The notes under the pieces: model-generated
What the model saw: the letters and a program-made list of their open reading frames with translations, nothing else
What the model was told of the DNA's origin: nothing
Databases searched by the model: none
Made by a program: the position numbers and the translations under genes
Shown: positions 49,901-61,600 of the stretch, piece after piece
Numbering within the stretch: position 1 is the stretch's first letter
How the letters are laid out: every line of letters starts with the position of its first letter
From: Asterias rubens
Taxonomy: Eukaryota
Length of the DNA stretch: 64,000 nucleotides
NCBI RefSeq assembly: GCF_902459465.1
Contig: NC_047083.1
Location: 124,001 to 188,000, forward strand
Direction of reading: 5' to 3'

Positions 49901-51591
49901 CATGCAAACCATGCATGCAGACAGTATAAACGCGCATGTGACGTCATACGAGGGGATCAAACGGATTTATTTCAAAAATAAATGACAAAATCAATCAATG
50001 GATATCATTGAGTAATTTGAGGTTTTTTTAATTTTATTTTCAGCATACTGAACTGCTTCAACGCATCGCAGATTTAACCAAGGTCAAAGAGTAAGTAGTA
50101 CTAGCTTGTATTTATTTCCATAAAATGTCGTTTTCCTCAATAATTTGTGGCATATTTCGTTCATTACAATTAAATGTTCTTATCGTTTTTGTTGTTGTTT
50201 TTATTCCTCCGCAGGCCACATTCTGCTGAGGCTGCTGGAACGTGAGTACACTAAGTGACAGTCGGTGACAACGACAATGACATTTTGTTGACAACACGAC
50301 AAGAAAACAAGTACCAAAAAAATGACAACACTTAAAGATTAATAAATAAATAAGAAATCATAATAGTCACGTGACATGGCGAAAGAATGACAGGGACACA
50401 AAGAAATATCAATGTATACGTTCTTGTTGACGTTCATATATTTTCACATCGTTTTTCAGTGTACACAAGTTCAAAGATGGAGGCGTATTCAAACCTCAGG
50501 TAAGAAACCATTCATGAATATTCACGACCCTTTCGCTACATGAAAACTGAAACTGGAAGTACAGCTTCTTAAAACTAAAAACGACAGAGTCCTATCTTGA
50601 CTTCCATTTTGTTTTGTTGGATTCTTAAATCCAGGAGCACGACCATAAGACGAAGATGCAGATGGACGCAGAAGCCGGTTCTATAATGTCTTCCGGTGGG
50701 GTCAAAGGTCGATCTGGGATGTTTGGGGGAGGCTCTGAGAAGAAAACCCCGGTAAGTCACGTGTTGTGTGATGAATAAAAACCAGCAAGAATCTAAGAAT
50801 GAATGAAGTCTCGAAATGATACCAAACTCTAAAAACTCCCAGGTCAGAATTGACTATGATTCCGGGTCCCATGGGGTCTGACCCATTTAAGGGTCAGTGT
50901 GACCCACAATCTGTGCCAATGAAACGTAGAAATGGGTCAAACTGATGCACAATCCAAGTTAACATCCCATTATTATTGTTAAATCGGTTTGGGTCAATCT
51001 GACCCAGAAATATTTCACGAGACCCTGACTCCAAGTCAATTCTGACCCGAGAGGTTTTTAGGGAGCTCAAAATGGCTGTGATTTTGATATTATGTAGGAT
51101 CAAAGCAAATTGAATCGTGCTCAACCAATAACTGTCAGATTTAATTGGAAGAAAAACTAGTTTTGTATGACTAATGTGCTGACGTCACAGGCATGACACC
51201 CGGCCCCGTTAATAGAAAGATCTCAAGACTAAAACATACTCTTCATTAATACCTATACCTGAGTGATATTATGAAGTATTAGATCAATGCAGAAGGTGTT
51301 AACAATTTAGCCAAATAATATTACGTTTATGGCAAACTGACATTAAACGCAACTCAAATAACTGTCCCGAGTCCGACTTGACCCCAGCAAGACAGACACG
51401 TACAAGACGAATGCGTTTCCCCCTTTTATGCTAACACTGTTAATGAAAAAAGGTTGAATAAAGAGGCATAAAAATGGCTCGAACACACAACAATTAGAAC
51501 TAAACAAGTAAAACCCTGCCATAACACGCGCTTAACAAGCATGTCAAATATTACCCATTCTTTATTTATACAGGAGGATGACGAAGGCTAA
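46951..51591 (+). CDS. Troponin T-like protein, 271 aa
   Basis: Exons 46951-46967, 47161-47191, 47757-47873, 48430-48615 (GC donor), 48861-48957, 49412-49530, 50044-50090, 50215-50241, 50460-50499, 50635-50751 and 51574-51591 (816 nt). The core KKSQEELEKEKEAAMRERIQPLSIGG..EEKIREIARNLLQRLSNIYADIFDMKCRKKRQVYDHTELLQRI matches the TnT pattern EEK..l..RI.PL.I....l.ekA.eL.......KyDl..r.kRQ.YDl.EL..R. Confidence 0.88.
50826..51065. mobile_element. MITE with about 30-bp TIRs, in the last TnT intron
   Basis: ACTCTAAAAACTCCCAGGTCAGAATTGACT at left vs AGTCAATTCTGACCCGAGAGGTTTTTAGGGAG at right, with internal GGGTCA/TGACCC repeats. Confidence 0.75.
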
Positions 51592-52769
51592 CATTAACGG
51601 AGATTCTGAAAGAACTTGAGCATCAAATGAGGTTTTGGCGCCAAATTAAGTTTGCTTTCCCGCCATCTTGCCTATTGAATATCTGCTGCATGATCGAATA
51701 AACCTCAACAGCAGAACGTTTAAATTAATTTGTAACCAATGTAGATTAGAACCGTGTGTTCAGCCTTTTGGTTGTAATGCTTTAAAAATAAAACCAGAGG
51801 GCCTTTTTCATTGTTAAACACACCTTTTGATAAGTGTTATTTCGGGGAGGAAACTTAATATTAGAAGTCTTCACTGTTGCAGTAATACAGATACAACTTG
51901 TATTTATAAAAAATGTTTGTTTGGGTTGCTATTTTTAAACAACTTTCTGCAAACTTCCATCTTACTACAAAGAACCATTGATCGTATTTTCAAAACTTGG
52001 CAACAAATTTACCAGATTGTGTTAGGATTTTAGAACGCTTGACAATTAAAAGATATGAAACTTTCACAAAATAGTTTGCATTATATTGTCTGGTATCTAA
52101 GCTTCAATTGTTAATATTGTGCATTCCTTCGTTTCATCTCCCTCTCCGCAGGGTTTGGATCGGGCTCAGACTATTGATCTGACCAAGTGATTGGCTCAGT
52201 AGCAACCAAAGGGGTGCTTTGCAGTGTATCACGTGGTATATTGTTTAAGTTTTACTTTCGAAATTGTGTCGACCAACATGAAACCAAAACTACTGGATAG
52301 AAGAAGTTTTCCTGGAACACAATCAAAGCGTCACTGGACGCCAATTTGCGAATCTTCCGCAACATTTGAAGTAAAATTCCATTATTACGCAAACGGCAAT
52401 AAAAGTTTTCAAAATGCAGTCTTGATCTCACTAGACGACAAACAATCTTAACATAAACTCTCTACTTGTTTAACCCAAAACCTTCATCTGTATTGTTAAT
52501 GTTATTACTGTATTCTAATTTCAGGGCCTCTTCTAACAAGTCAGTAAAAATTCAACAACTGTTCAAGACGACTTGAAATGTTCACTCTGTTGTAATTTCC
52601 TTGTGATAAAGATGTGAAACAGAAAGGAAACTCGGAATAACTTAAAGAGGACCGTGGGTTCACATTCTACCTGGTCCTCGACCGACCATCATTATGTCAG
52701 AATACCATACGGAGCTTTAGAAGTACCATCAGACTTGTCTAGATTCTGATATAGTCCGGATTAAGATAT

Positions 52770-52955
52770 CAGAACTCAATTTCACAACAACTTGCTTAGC
52801 ACAGAAAGTATTTCTAAAAAGAAATAGGCTACGAGCATAAATCACAATAAGTTTACATGATTGTTTTGACTGGTTCCCCACTCATCATTTCTTGCCTAGC
52901 AAAGGAGTTCGTCAAGCAGGGCTGAGTTTTTGAACAGCTTTATGAAATTGCCCAC
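52770..52955. mobile_element. Degenerate MITE related to the 1460-1723 element
   Basis: Ends CAATTTCAC... and ...GCTTTATGAAATTGCCC, with an internal GCTTAGCACAGAAA. Confidence 0.5.
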
Positions 52956-53594
52956 TGACAGGTTCCACACAAAGTACCGACTTCTAACAAGAAAAATCTC
53001 AATAATATTTTCAGAATCTTGACAGGTCGGATGGAATTTCATAAGCTTCGCTTCCAAAACTTTTATTCCCATAACCATTTGAGTCCATGGTGTGTTCGGA
53101 TTGGTAGCTTGGTACATAAACATTTTGACATTTTCCCTTGTGGTTTATTACTTGATTTTGACAAAATTTTCTGTAGACTCATGAACAATAATTGGCCTAT
53201 CAATGTCTTTTGTGTCTGTGTTGGTATATAAACATTTTTTAAATGGGGATGTTTGACTACACAATAGGACAATCGGATTGAAATGAACATTAAAATTGTT
53301 ACGGTTCAAGGTCGTGTGGTAACTTTTACCCAATAAAAATATTTCAACTTACAAAATGTTTCAAGAGTGCTTCTTTGTTTCTTTGGTAAATTAACACTGT
53401 TAATAGCTCTCAACTATTGAAAGCAAAGCGAATCTAGAAATCAACACCCAAACTGTGTTATGTATACGTCGTGAATTAACAAGGCACGCCAATTAGTTAT
53501 GTGGATTCAAAATTATTTATTTGACTCCACAAAATGGCTGACCGTGTTTAGTTTGCAAAGTAAAAGGAAAACAACGCAATTTCGAGGCATATAA

Positions 53595-53963
53595 AGGCTC
53601 TATACACTATCGGTAAAATCACTTAAAATAATTGTTAGCATAAAAACTAACTTGGAGAGCTGTTGATAGTATTAAAGCATTGTGCAAAACGGCTCCCTCT
53701 GAAGTAACGTGTTGGTTTTTTTTAGAAAGAAGTAATTTCTCACTAAAAATATTTCGAGATCTCAGAATTAGATTTTGTCGAAATCAAGCATCTGAAAGCA
53801 CACAATTTGTGCGACAAGGGTGTTTTTTTTCTTCCATTAGTCTCTCGCAACTTCGACGACCAATTGAGCTCAAATTTCCACAGGTTTGTTATTTAATGCA
53901 TATGTTGAGATACACCAAGTCTGATGACTGGTCTTTGCCAATTACTAATAGTGTCCTGTGTCT
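53595..53963 (+). mobile_element. MITE family A copy
   Basis: Carries the shared core AAATAATTGTTAGCATAAAA...GGAGAGCTGTTGATAGTA...ACGGCTCCCTCTGAAGTAAC and ends GTGTCCTGTGTC-TTAA. Confidence 0.8.
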
Positions 53964-54148
53964 TAAAAACCACATTTCTAAACCATATTTAAACCGCGCT
54001 TTTCATAGACCAACTCGCCTGATCCATGCAACGTGCCCCTTCAAAGTACACTTCATTATGTTATAAAGTTCATCAATTCCTAGAATATACAAGAATCGAG
54101 TCGCGTCGTACACCAAGTGTTTGGTTATCACTCTGTGATAAATAAGTT

Positions 54149-54193
54149 GGGGTAGGGGCGTTGGGGTAGGGGCGTTGGGGTAGGGGCGTGGGG
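54149..54193 (+). repeat. G-rich 14-bp repeat with G-quadruplex potential
   Basis: (GGGGTAGGGGCGTT) x3 plus GGGG gives seven G4 runs with 2-4 nt loops. Confidence 0.85.
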
Positions 54194-57100
54194 TAATGTT
54201 TGGACGTATCCTTCAAAATAACAGAGACGTAACTAATTCTTGATAGAGTATAAGCTTACTGTTTAATGACCTATTGCTCCATAACGTAAGAACATTACAC
54301 TATAACATCATTGTGTGTACACATCAATATCTAGCACTAACAAAACCTTGTTAATAATTCGATTCTCTGTCACTCGGAACATTCCAAACTAGTCCACTCC
54401 CTTCGTGATAAACTGTCATCTAAATAACGATTTCGGTTCTCACACAATTGTTTTAAAATGTTACAAATAAAAACTTTAAAATAAATAATGACGTCAGAAA
54501 GGTTTATAATATTATGCAAGGCTGAACCCACCAATCAGAGGGTAGGAGTTAACCACTGCAGCTATCAACCAATAAAGAGAACTTAATAATGATTTATTCA
54601 ACATAATTGTCCAATCGGGTGTTATTTAGTAATGAATATTCATATTGCATGTTGCCATGAAAGGCGCGTTTGCTGGGGGGGGGGACTTTTGGTTTGTTTC
54701 TTTATTTCATTTGTTTCGAAGCGAAACAGAGGAAGGGACTGCCTTGTATTATTGTTTCATGTTGTAGTTTACAAGAGGCCTTTCCCTCCCCCTACACAAA
54801 CAAGCAAGGTAAACATTTTCCCCTGCCTCATCCAAAGATGTTGTCTGGGTGTTTAACTTCTCACAGGCGCATGACTAAATAAAACAATCTGGAGGTTTTC
54901 TTATGAAGTGAAAAAATAGGATAACTGATGATCCAACCTTACAGGTAAAATGTCTGCATTTCCTGTAGGTTATTATATTAATATTATACTAGCACATAAA
55001 TTAGTAGAGAATCTCATATTTTCATCATTTTTTGGATTAACTTTTAAAAATGAACACAGCAAGTCTGTGTTGTCATGGATTTTCACATCTTGGTACACTA
55101 GTAAAAATATATGCCATACAACTAAACACCTTAGTTTTAAAAACTGTTTTTCCCAGATGATCTTTTTTTTTTTTTTTGGGGGGGGGGATTAGAAAAGAAT
55201 GTAGTAAAATGAGTAACATTAAACTGTTACTGCAGTCTTCAGTCCATGAAGTTGCAATATTCAGTGGGTGTGGCTTACAGTACAACTTTCCACCAATCAG
55301 AACACTCCAAATGTCATGCATATTCATTATATACATGAATAAAACATAACATGCCCACCATTACAAGTCCAATCTTCGGACTAATATTGCCTACAATTAA
55401 TTGGGAAGGAAAAAAAATCCTATATCTGATAGATGTTCAGTGCATTGAATAACAATTTCTGCCATGATTTGGGGATTCAATTACTTGATCTGAACAGACA
55501 TAGTTCCCTATGACCACAATTAAAAATACCATGCATTAAATCATTTTGTAAAAGGCACCAGCCCAAAATGAAACCATGGTTGTTAAACGACCAATAGCCT
55601 TGTTTATAACAAATTATAACTGCTGTACAATAAGCCGTTCCCATCAAGTATGTGAACTACATTCATGCATGCATTCAGACACTATTGGTTTGCAAACTCT
55701 GTAGAGGTGTCCAGACACAAACAAATGTATATAATGCCCCATGCAATCAGTCCCAAACAAAAAGGCGAGATATTCCCACCACTACTAGTACTAGTAGTGT
55801 TTTATAACGCTACATTCACATTCCAAGTGTGGACTTCGGAACAAAAGAGTCCACATCATGTAGGTGCTTGAAACACTATGTGGACCTACCCTCATCCACA
55901 CAGTGTTATTTACAGTGATGAGGAATAGGATTTCCCTTTAGTGTATAGTACATGTACAAAGGAGTATCCACAGAGTGCATGCAACACAGAGTGCATGCAT
56001 GCACAATGCGCAATTAACATACCATGGGAAAAGACTATTAATGCCTGAATTTAAAAAGAAATAGATTATACACGTATTATTCTATTGAACGTAAAACCAT
56101 TCAATGGAATTTGCAAAATTATAAATTCACAAAAAATTAGATGAAAGAATAATATTTGAAACAAAGGCTGCAGTAAACAGAAAATATGACCACAAATGAA
56201 AGCATTGGTTACTGTTTTGCTAGCCTACACAACTACCCTTTAAATGTTTATGTATACACTGTACAACCTATCACAGGCTACACAAGGCATAGGGTAAAGG
56301 TCAACATATAAAAGTCAAATGTTTCTGAAACATCATCTATTTCAGCAGCAACTTGTTTTAAAAAGACTAAAGAATACTGGTATTTCTTGAGCCCAAAAGC
56401 CTTAAATCTACCAGCATGTTGAGGTTGAATCAGTCAATGTACAAATATTGAAGACAAGTCAAATGACCAAGACATGATAGGAGCAACTTGCCCAATTAAG
56501 AATATTGCCCAGATGAGAACATTCTTCTCAACTATGAGAAAATTAAGTACAATTTGAAACTTTCAGGGTGGAAGAATATAACTAAAAGAGGTTGGATGTA
56601 ACACTATATGTGAATACAGTATCTATTTGGAGAAAAGTATTGATTCCTAATCAAGAAAGCCTTCTTCTAGGATGCATTGATGTTGCAGCCTTGTGAGGTG
56701 TTGAGGGTGGGGCAACAGGTAGTTGGGCTAGGGTGGGGAGCGAGGTAGTTCTTAAGGAGTGCCAACTGTCCTACGTTGAAGTGTGATCCACATCTATTTT
56801 GTCCCCCTACTTTACTTCTCCCAAGCTCCACTCCAGAATAACCCCATCCCTGTCAAACCATTCGCCCAATGACATAGAAAAAAAACAATACGTAAGATTT
56901 CCTGCAGTGATCATCACAATGAACTCAATCGATATCAGATCGATCGTAGGCGCAGTGGAAGATAAGACACATGGAGTTTTTTTGACCTTTGAAAGTCAGA
57001 TAAGATGCGTCTTATTTGCTGGAAGTCACAGTCATCACAATCATACAAGTCAAGATTTAAAAAAAATACTTTAAAAATGGTACTCTGTCATCTAGAGATG

Positions 57101-58624
57101 GGTTTTTGTTTTCTTTTTTACAAATAAAGACAAATAAATGCAGTGGAAGACTTCTTTATATGCACATTTTGAAAATACAGTAAACTAGTTACTATGTATA
57201 AACGGAGAAAAAAAAAAAAAAGGCTATAAATAACATGAGGGTCGCACATAGTAACAATGAGCTGTATATATTTGCATTTCTTTTTAAATGTCATCAGTTA
57301 ACACACTACATTATTCTAATACACTGATAAATATTCATAAGTCATGAATATGTAAAAATGCTAATATATTCTACAATTAATAACTAAACCTGTACACACC
57401 TATTAATAAACCAACATATAAAAGGACAACCCACTCTTACAGGGGGTATATGAATATTCATTTATAAATAGTGACTTTCAGTAAGTTATTCAATGCCCAA
57501 AAATAGCATTCTTTGAAATTGTGACCATGGCAACAAGATTTAAAAAAGAGAGAGAAAAATCTACATAAAAGACTGGAAGGAACGATTGGATTCTTCCTCC
57601 TCCAGGTTTGGGGCGGGGGGGGGGGGGGAGGGGGTCTACGGCAAGCTTTGAATTGAATCAATTATCTACTAAGCTACTGTAGAGTCTGGCGTGTAACAAT
57701 GTGAAGTACAGCACACTCCTGTAAAAACAATCAAAACAAAAAAAGATTCATTATTTTATCATACAGTTTAATATTTTGTGCATTTATCAGAATTCATCAA
57801 ATAATACAACAATTTTTTTTTTATAGATTGTATGGTATTTCCCATCAAAATTCAAATACATGGTATGGTTTTATGTACTTTTTGAAAATGCTGCACAGTG
57901 GAAAACAAAGTTCATGTGTTTTCATACGATGAACAAAAAAATTGAATTGAATTGAACGATGATGAGAAGAAACAATGCAGTAACAAGTAAATAATCTCAT
58001 TGTTGCAATTTGGTTTAAAACTTTTGTTGTTATTGATTGTTTTCATACTGTCAATGTTTTCTTTATAAACAAAATCCTGCTCATAATACAACTGGACTTT
58101 CATTGGATTTCCCCGAGGTTCTTTCTGCCACTTTATCATTTTAAGATATTGTTCTTACCTGTTTACGTTCTAACTGCACACAAATTGAGAAATCAGTCTT
58201 AATTAGTGACTTCATGTTTCTTCAAACTCTCACGGAAATCAGATTTATGCTGGAGATAAAACAAGAAAAGTACGAGACCATATGTAAGATTACACTCCTA
58301 TTATATTTGCGGATGTATAAATAAATTCTTGAATGAAAGATCTCATGCGACCTGATAATAATGTCAACTTATAATATAGCACATAAAAGTCCACATAAAA
58401 GATGATCAAGGCACTTCACACACACAAAAAAAACAAGACCAAAAACATCTTATCTAAGTAATTATTAAAGTAATCTAATAAATTCTTAAACAACAGCTAA
58501 CAATGTTTAAATCATTAAAAAGTATAAAGTATATTGCAAACCAAAAAGGGGGGGGGGGGGGGAGAAGAAAGAAAGTTGCATTGTAATTTTTACAGAGAAA
58601 AATTGAACTGGATAAAGTTGTTTT

Positions 58625-61600
58625 TCAAACCTGGTCAGTTTTGTCTTCTGATTTCTTCTCTACTTTCTTCAATGTTGGCTTCACACTGAAAATAAACATA
58701 CAAATCAAGAGTCAGGAATCATCTTACTCAGAACTTCAGACAATCTGATCTGATTGGCTGCATATTGCACCCCAGCACCTTGTAAACCATCACTTGGTGC
58801 TATTCGAATAAATCTGTCTCATACTTCAAAGAGACGCACCAAATATTTCAGTACAGACAGAATAGTTTGAGATAAAACTACTGAGAAGAATTGCTACTTA
58901 CAATCTACCCTTTATTTCCATTGCTCTTCTGTTCAGCTCGTCAATCTACAAAAATCATCACATCAAAAAAACACAACTGTTACACAAATGTAATATGAAT
59001 ACAAAATTCCTCAAAGCACTTGACAGCAAAATGAAAAGCATTAAGAAACAAAAACATAGAGTAACGAAGAACCAATCACTTTCAAATGTCTTACATCCAA
59101 ATCTTTATCTCGGACTTCAACTTCTAGATCATATTTATCACTTTCAGCTAGTACGAGTTGCTCATGAAGTCTTTCACAGAGTGCTTTAAGATCTCGTTGA
59201 CTCATGGAGTCTACATCGACCATCTTAACATTATCATTAATGAATTGAGATTTCTCAGCAGCAGTCTCTGTCTTTTCCTTCTGAAGGTCTTGACCAGCTT
59301 TCTTCATCATCATGGCCTAAAGACAGAGAAAACAAGTTTTTAATTTTAAAGTTATACACTGGGAAGAATTGGTTTGATCCACCCACCTACTTCACGTTTT
59401 GATTATTAAATATTGAATGGTGTTTTAATGTAATCTATACACGGAACAACAAAATATTGCTTCAAATATACCAGATATTTTAGATCAAAGGTTTTCAACA
59501 TCAGTAGTTTTCTGTGACTTTTCCTTTTAATCAGAGTAGAAATTGATGATCTTGGCGTCTTTTCACACTTACCTTGATATTCATCTTACGACCTGATTTC
59601 ATTTTGCCCATAAGTGACATTTTCTTCCCCTCAGCGGGTGGAGCCGCCGTTTCTCCATTCTCAGCGGGTGCAGCTGGTTTCTTCTTACGCTACAATCAAC
59701 AATAAAGTTATATTTATTTCATTTCTCTGACAGATTAAAAGTACAATATAGCACATTGGTAAAAGCATTAAAAGATACACTAGGCCTAATGAAATAATAA
59801 TAATCAGCTTTTATACAGCACCATTAACCCCCAAAAGGGTCCTGTGGTGCTTTACATAGGTTACAAATATTAAGCAAGTTAAGAAAATAATGAACAATTT
59901 AAGAAAAACAGATAAGAATGCATAAGAAAATTACAACTGACCAAAGACAATTTTTTTACAAATTTAAGTAACAACAATACTGGACAATTTAAGATAAACT
60001 GAGAACAATTCAAATACAGAGGAATGAAAGAGAACCAGCTTGAGCTTGAAGGATTGCCTAAAAGAAAAAAAATCATGTCTAGAGGCTCTCCTCTCAAGTT
60101 AACTTGAACTTCCTTGGATCATTCTACAGGAAATGCCATCTGTAAACCATCAAATTCACATACAATTCAATTCAATAAATTTATTATTAACATCACATTA
60201 AAATCTTATGATAAAAAAAACCAAGAAATATTTGTAAAATAGAAAAAAATAACTATAAAAATATAAACGGGACAAAATACACAGTGACAGAAATATTTAC
60301 AATTATACAATTATCTAAAAAATAACAAAAATTCTTATACAGTGCATGTTTGTACATAAAATACAGACTAAATGTCAATTCAAGTCAATTTTATATATTT
60401 TATCACAAGTTAAAAATGATCCAGAATGAACAACTTTTCACAGCAATTTAAGTAACTAAGATGGCAACCTTTGGGGTCTTCTTTCCTCACTAGAAATAAA
60501 CTTTAAAAACGACTCCAGCTACGATTAAATAATCTTACCTCTTCTTCCTCTCGTTTCTTTTTGCGATCAGCGTCGGCTTTTGCCTCAGCTTCCTTCCTTT
60601 TCCGTTCCTGAATAATAATAAAAATAAAAATAAACATAATAGTAAAGTATTTATAGAGAGCCCCACCCCAATCCAACACTAGTGGACACCATGGTGACAC
60701 CATGTTAGAAATCTCTTTTATGAGTAGTGGTTGCTCCGAGATCTCATAATATGACTTGTGAATAGAGAAAAGTAAATGTCTTACTTCACCAACGAGAGAC
60801 AATTGTGGTAAGAAAATGTTAGGACTAAGTAAGGTTTGTGGTGTTACCATGTTAGAAGAATCTTTTATGAGTAGTGGTTGCTCTGAGAGGAGACGGTTTC
60901 TGCTTGATGTTTTCAATTAGTTTGCTCTGACCCTCTCCTGGAGAGCACACTGACCAAAACATGGAGCAGTACAAACCGGCTCTTCTTAGAGCCATAATTA
61001 CTCACAAAAGAAATTCTACATGGTGTCACCTGAACCTGAACTAGCTGAACCTGAACCTGAACTGCAAACCTTACTCACAAAGTATGATCTTATTTAAAGG
61101 CAATTTATGCCTGTCCATAAGGGTACAAGTAACATTCCTTAAGAACAAGGGACTGCCCCGTTTTTTCCAGCGTGCCTATCCTGAAGTCTTAATCGCTCCT
61201 ACCTCATCTTGCTTGCGTTTCTTCTCCTCAGCTAGTCTCTGTCTTTCTTCTTCTTCTTCTTGTCTACGTCGTTCCTCTTCTTGAGCTGCTTCTTCTTGCT
61301 GTTGTTGCTCCTAATCAATCACAATGTCATTAAGAGGAAGGTGTAAGTGGAAACATTTAGTGGCAATGAAAACTTATTTGTTAGAAGTCCAAAGCAGCTT
61401 TCAAAAGCATTTTGAGAAACATTTCACTTCGAAGTAATGTGGTTATACATGTGAGATCAGTTTTAATACCCCAATATTTGACTCTGGGAAGCGTTATACT
61501 GCAGTAATGCTTCATGTAAGATCAGTTTTAATACCCCAATATTTGACTCTGGGAAGCGTTATACTGCAGTAATGCTTCATGTAAGATCAGTTTTAATACC

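Noticed and set aside
51600-56600. Search for a troponin C or other EF-hand gene between TnT and TnI
   Set aside because: No EF-hand loop pattern (DxDxxGxI) or coherent exon chain was found; the ORFs here are short or repeat-derived.
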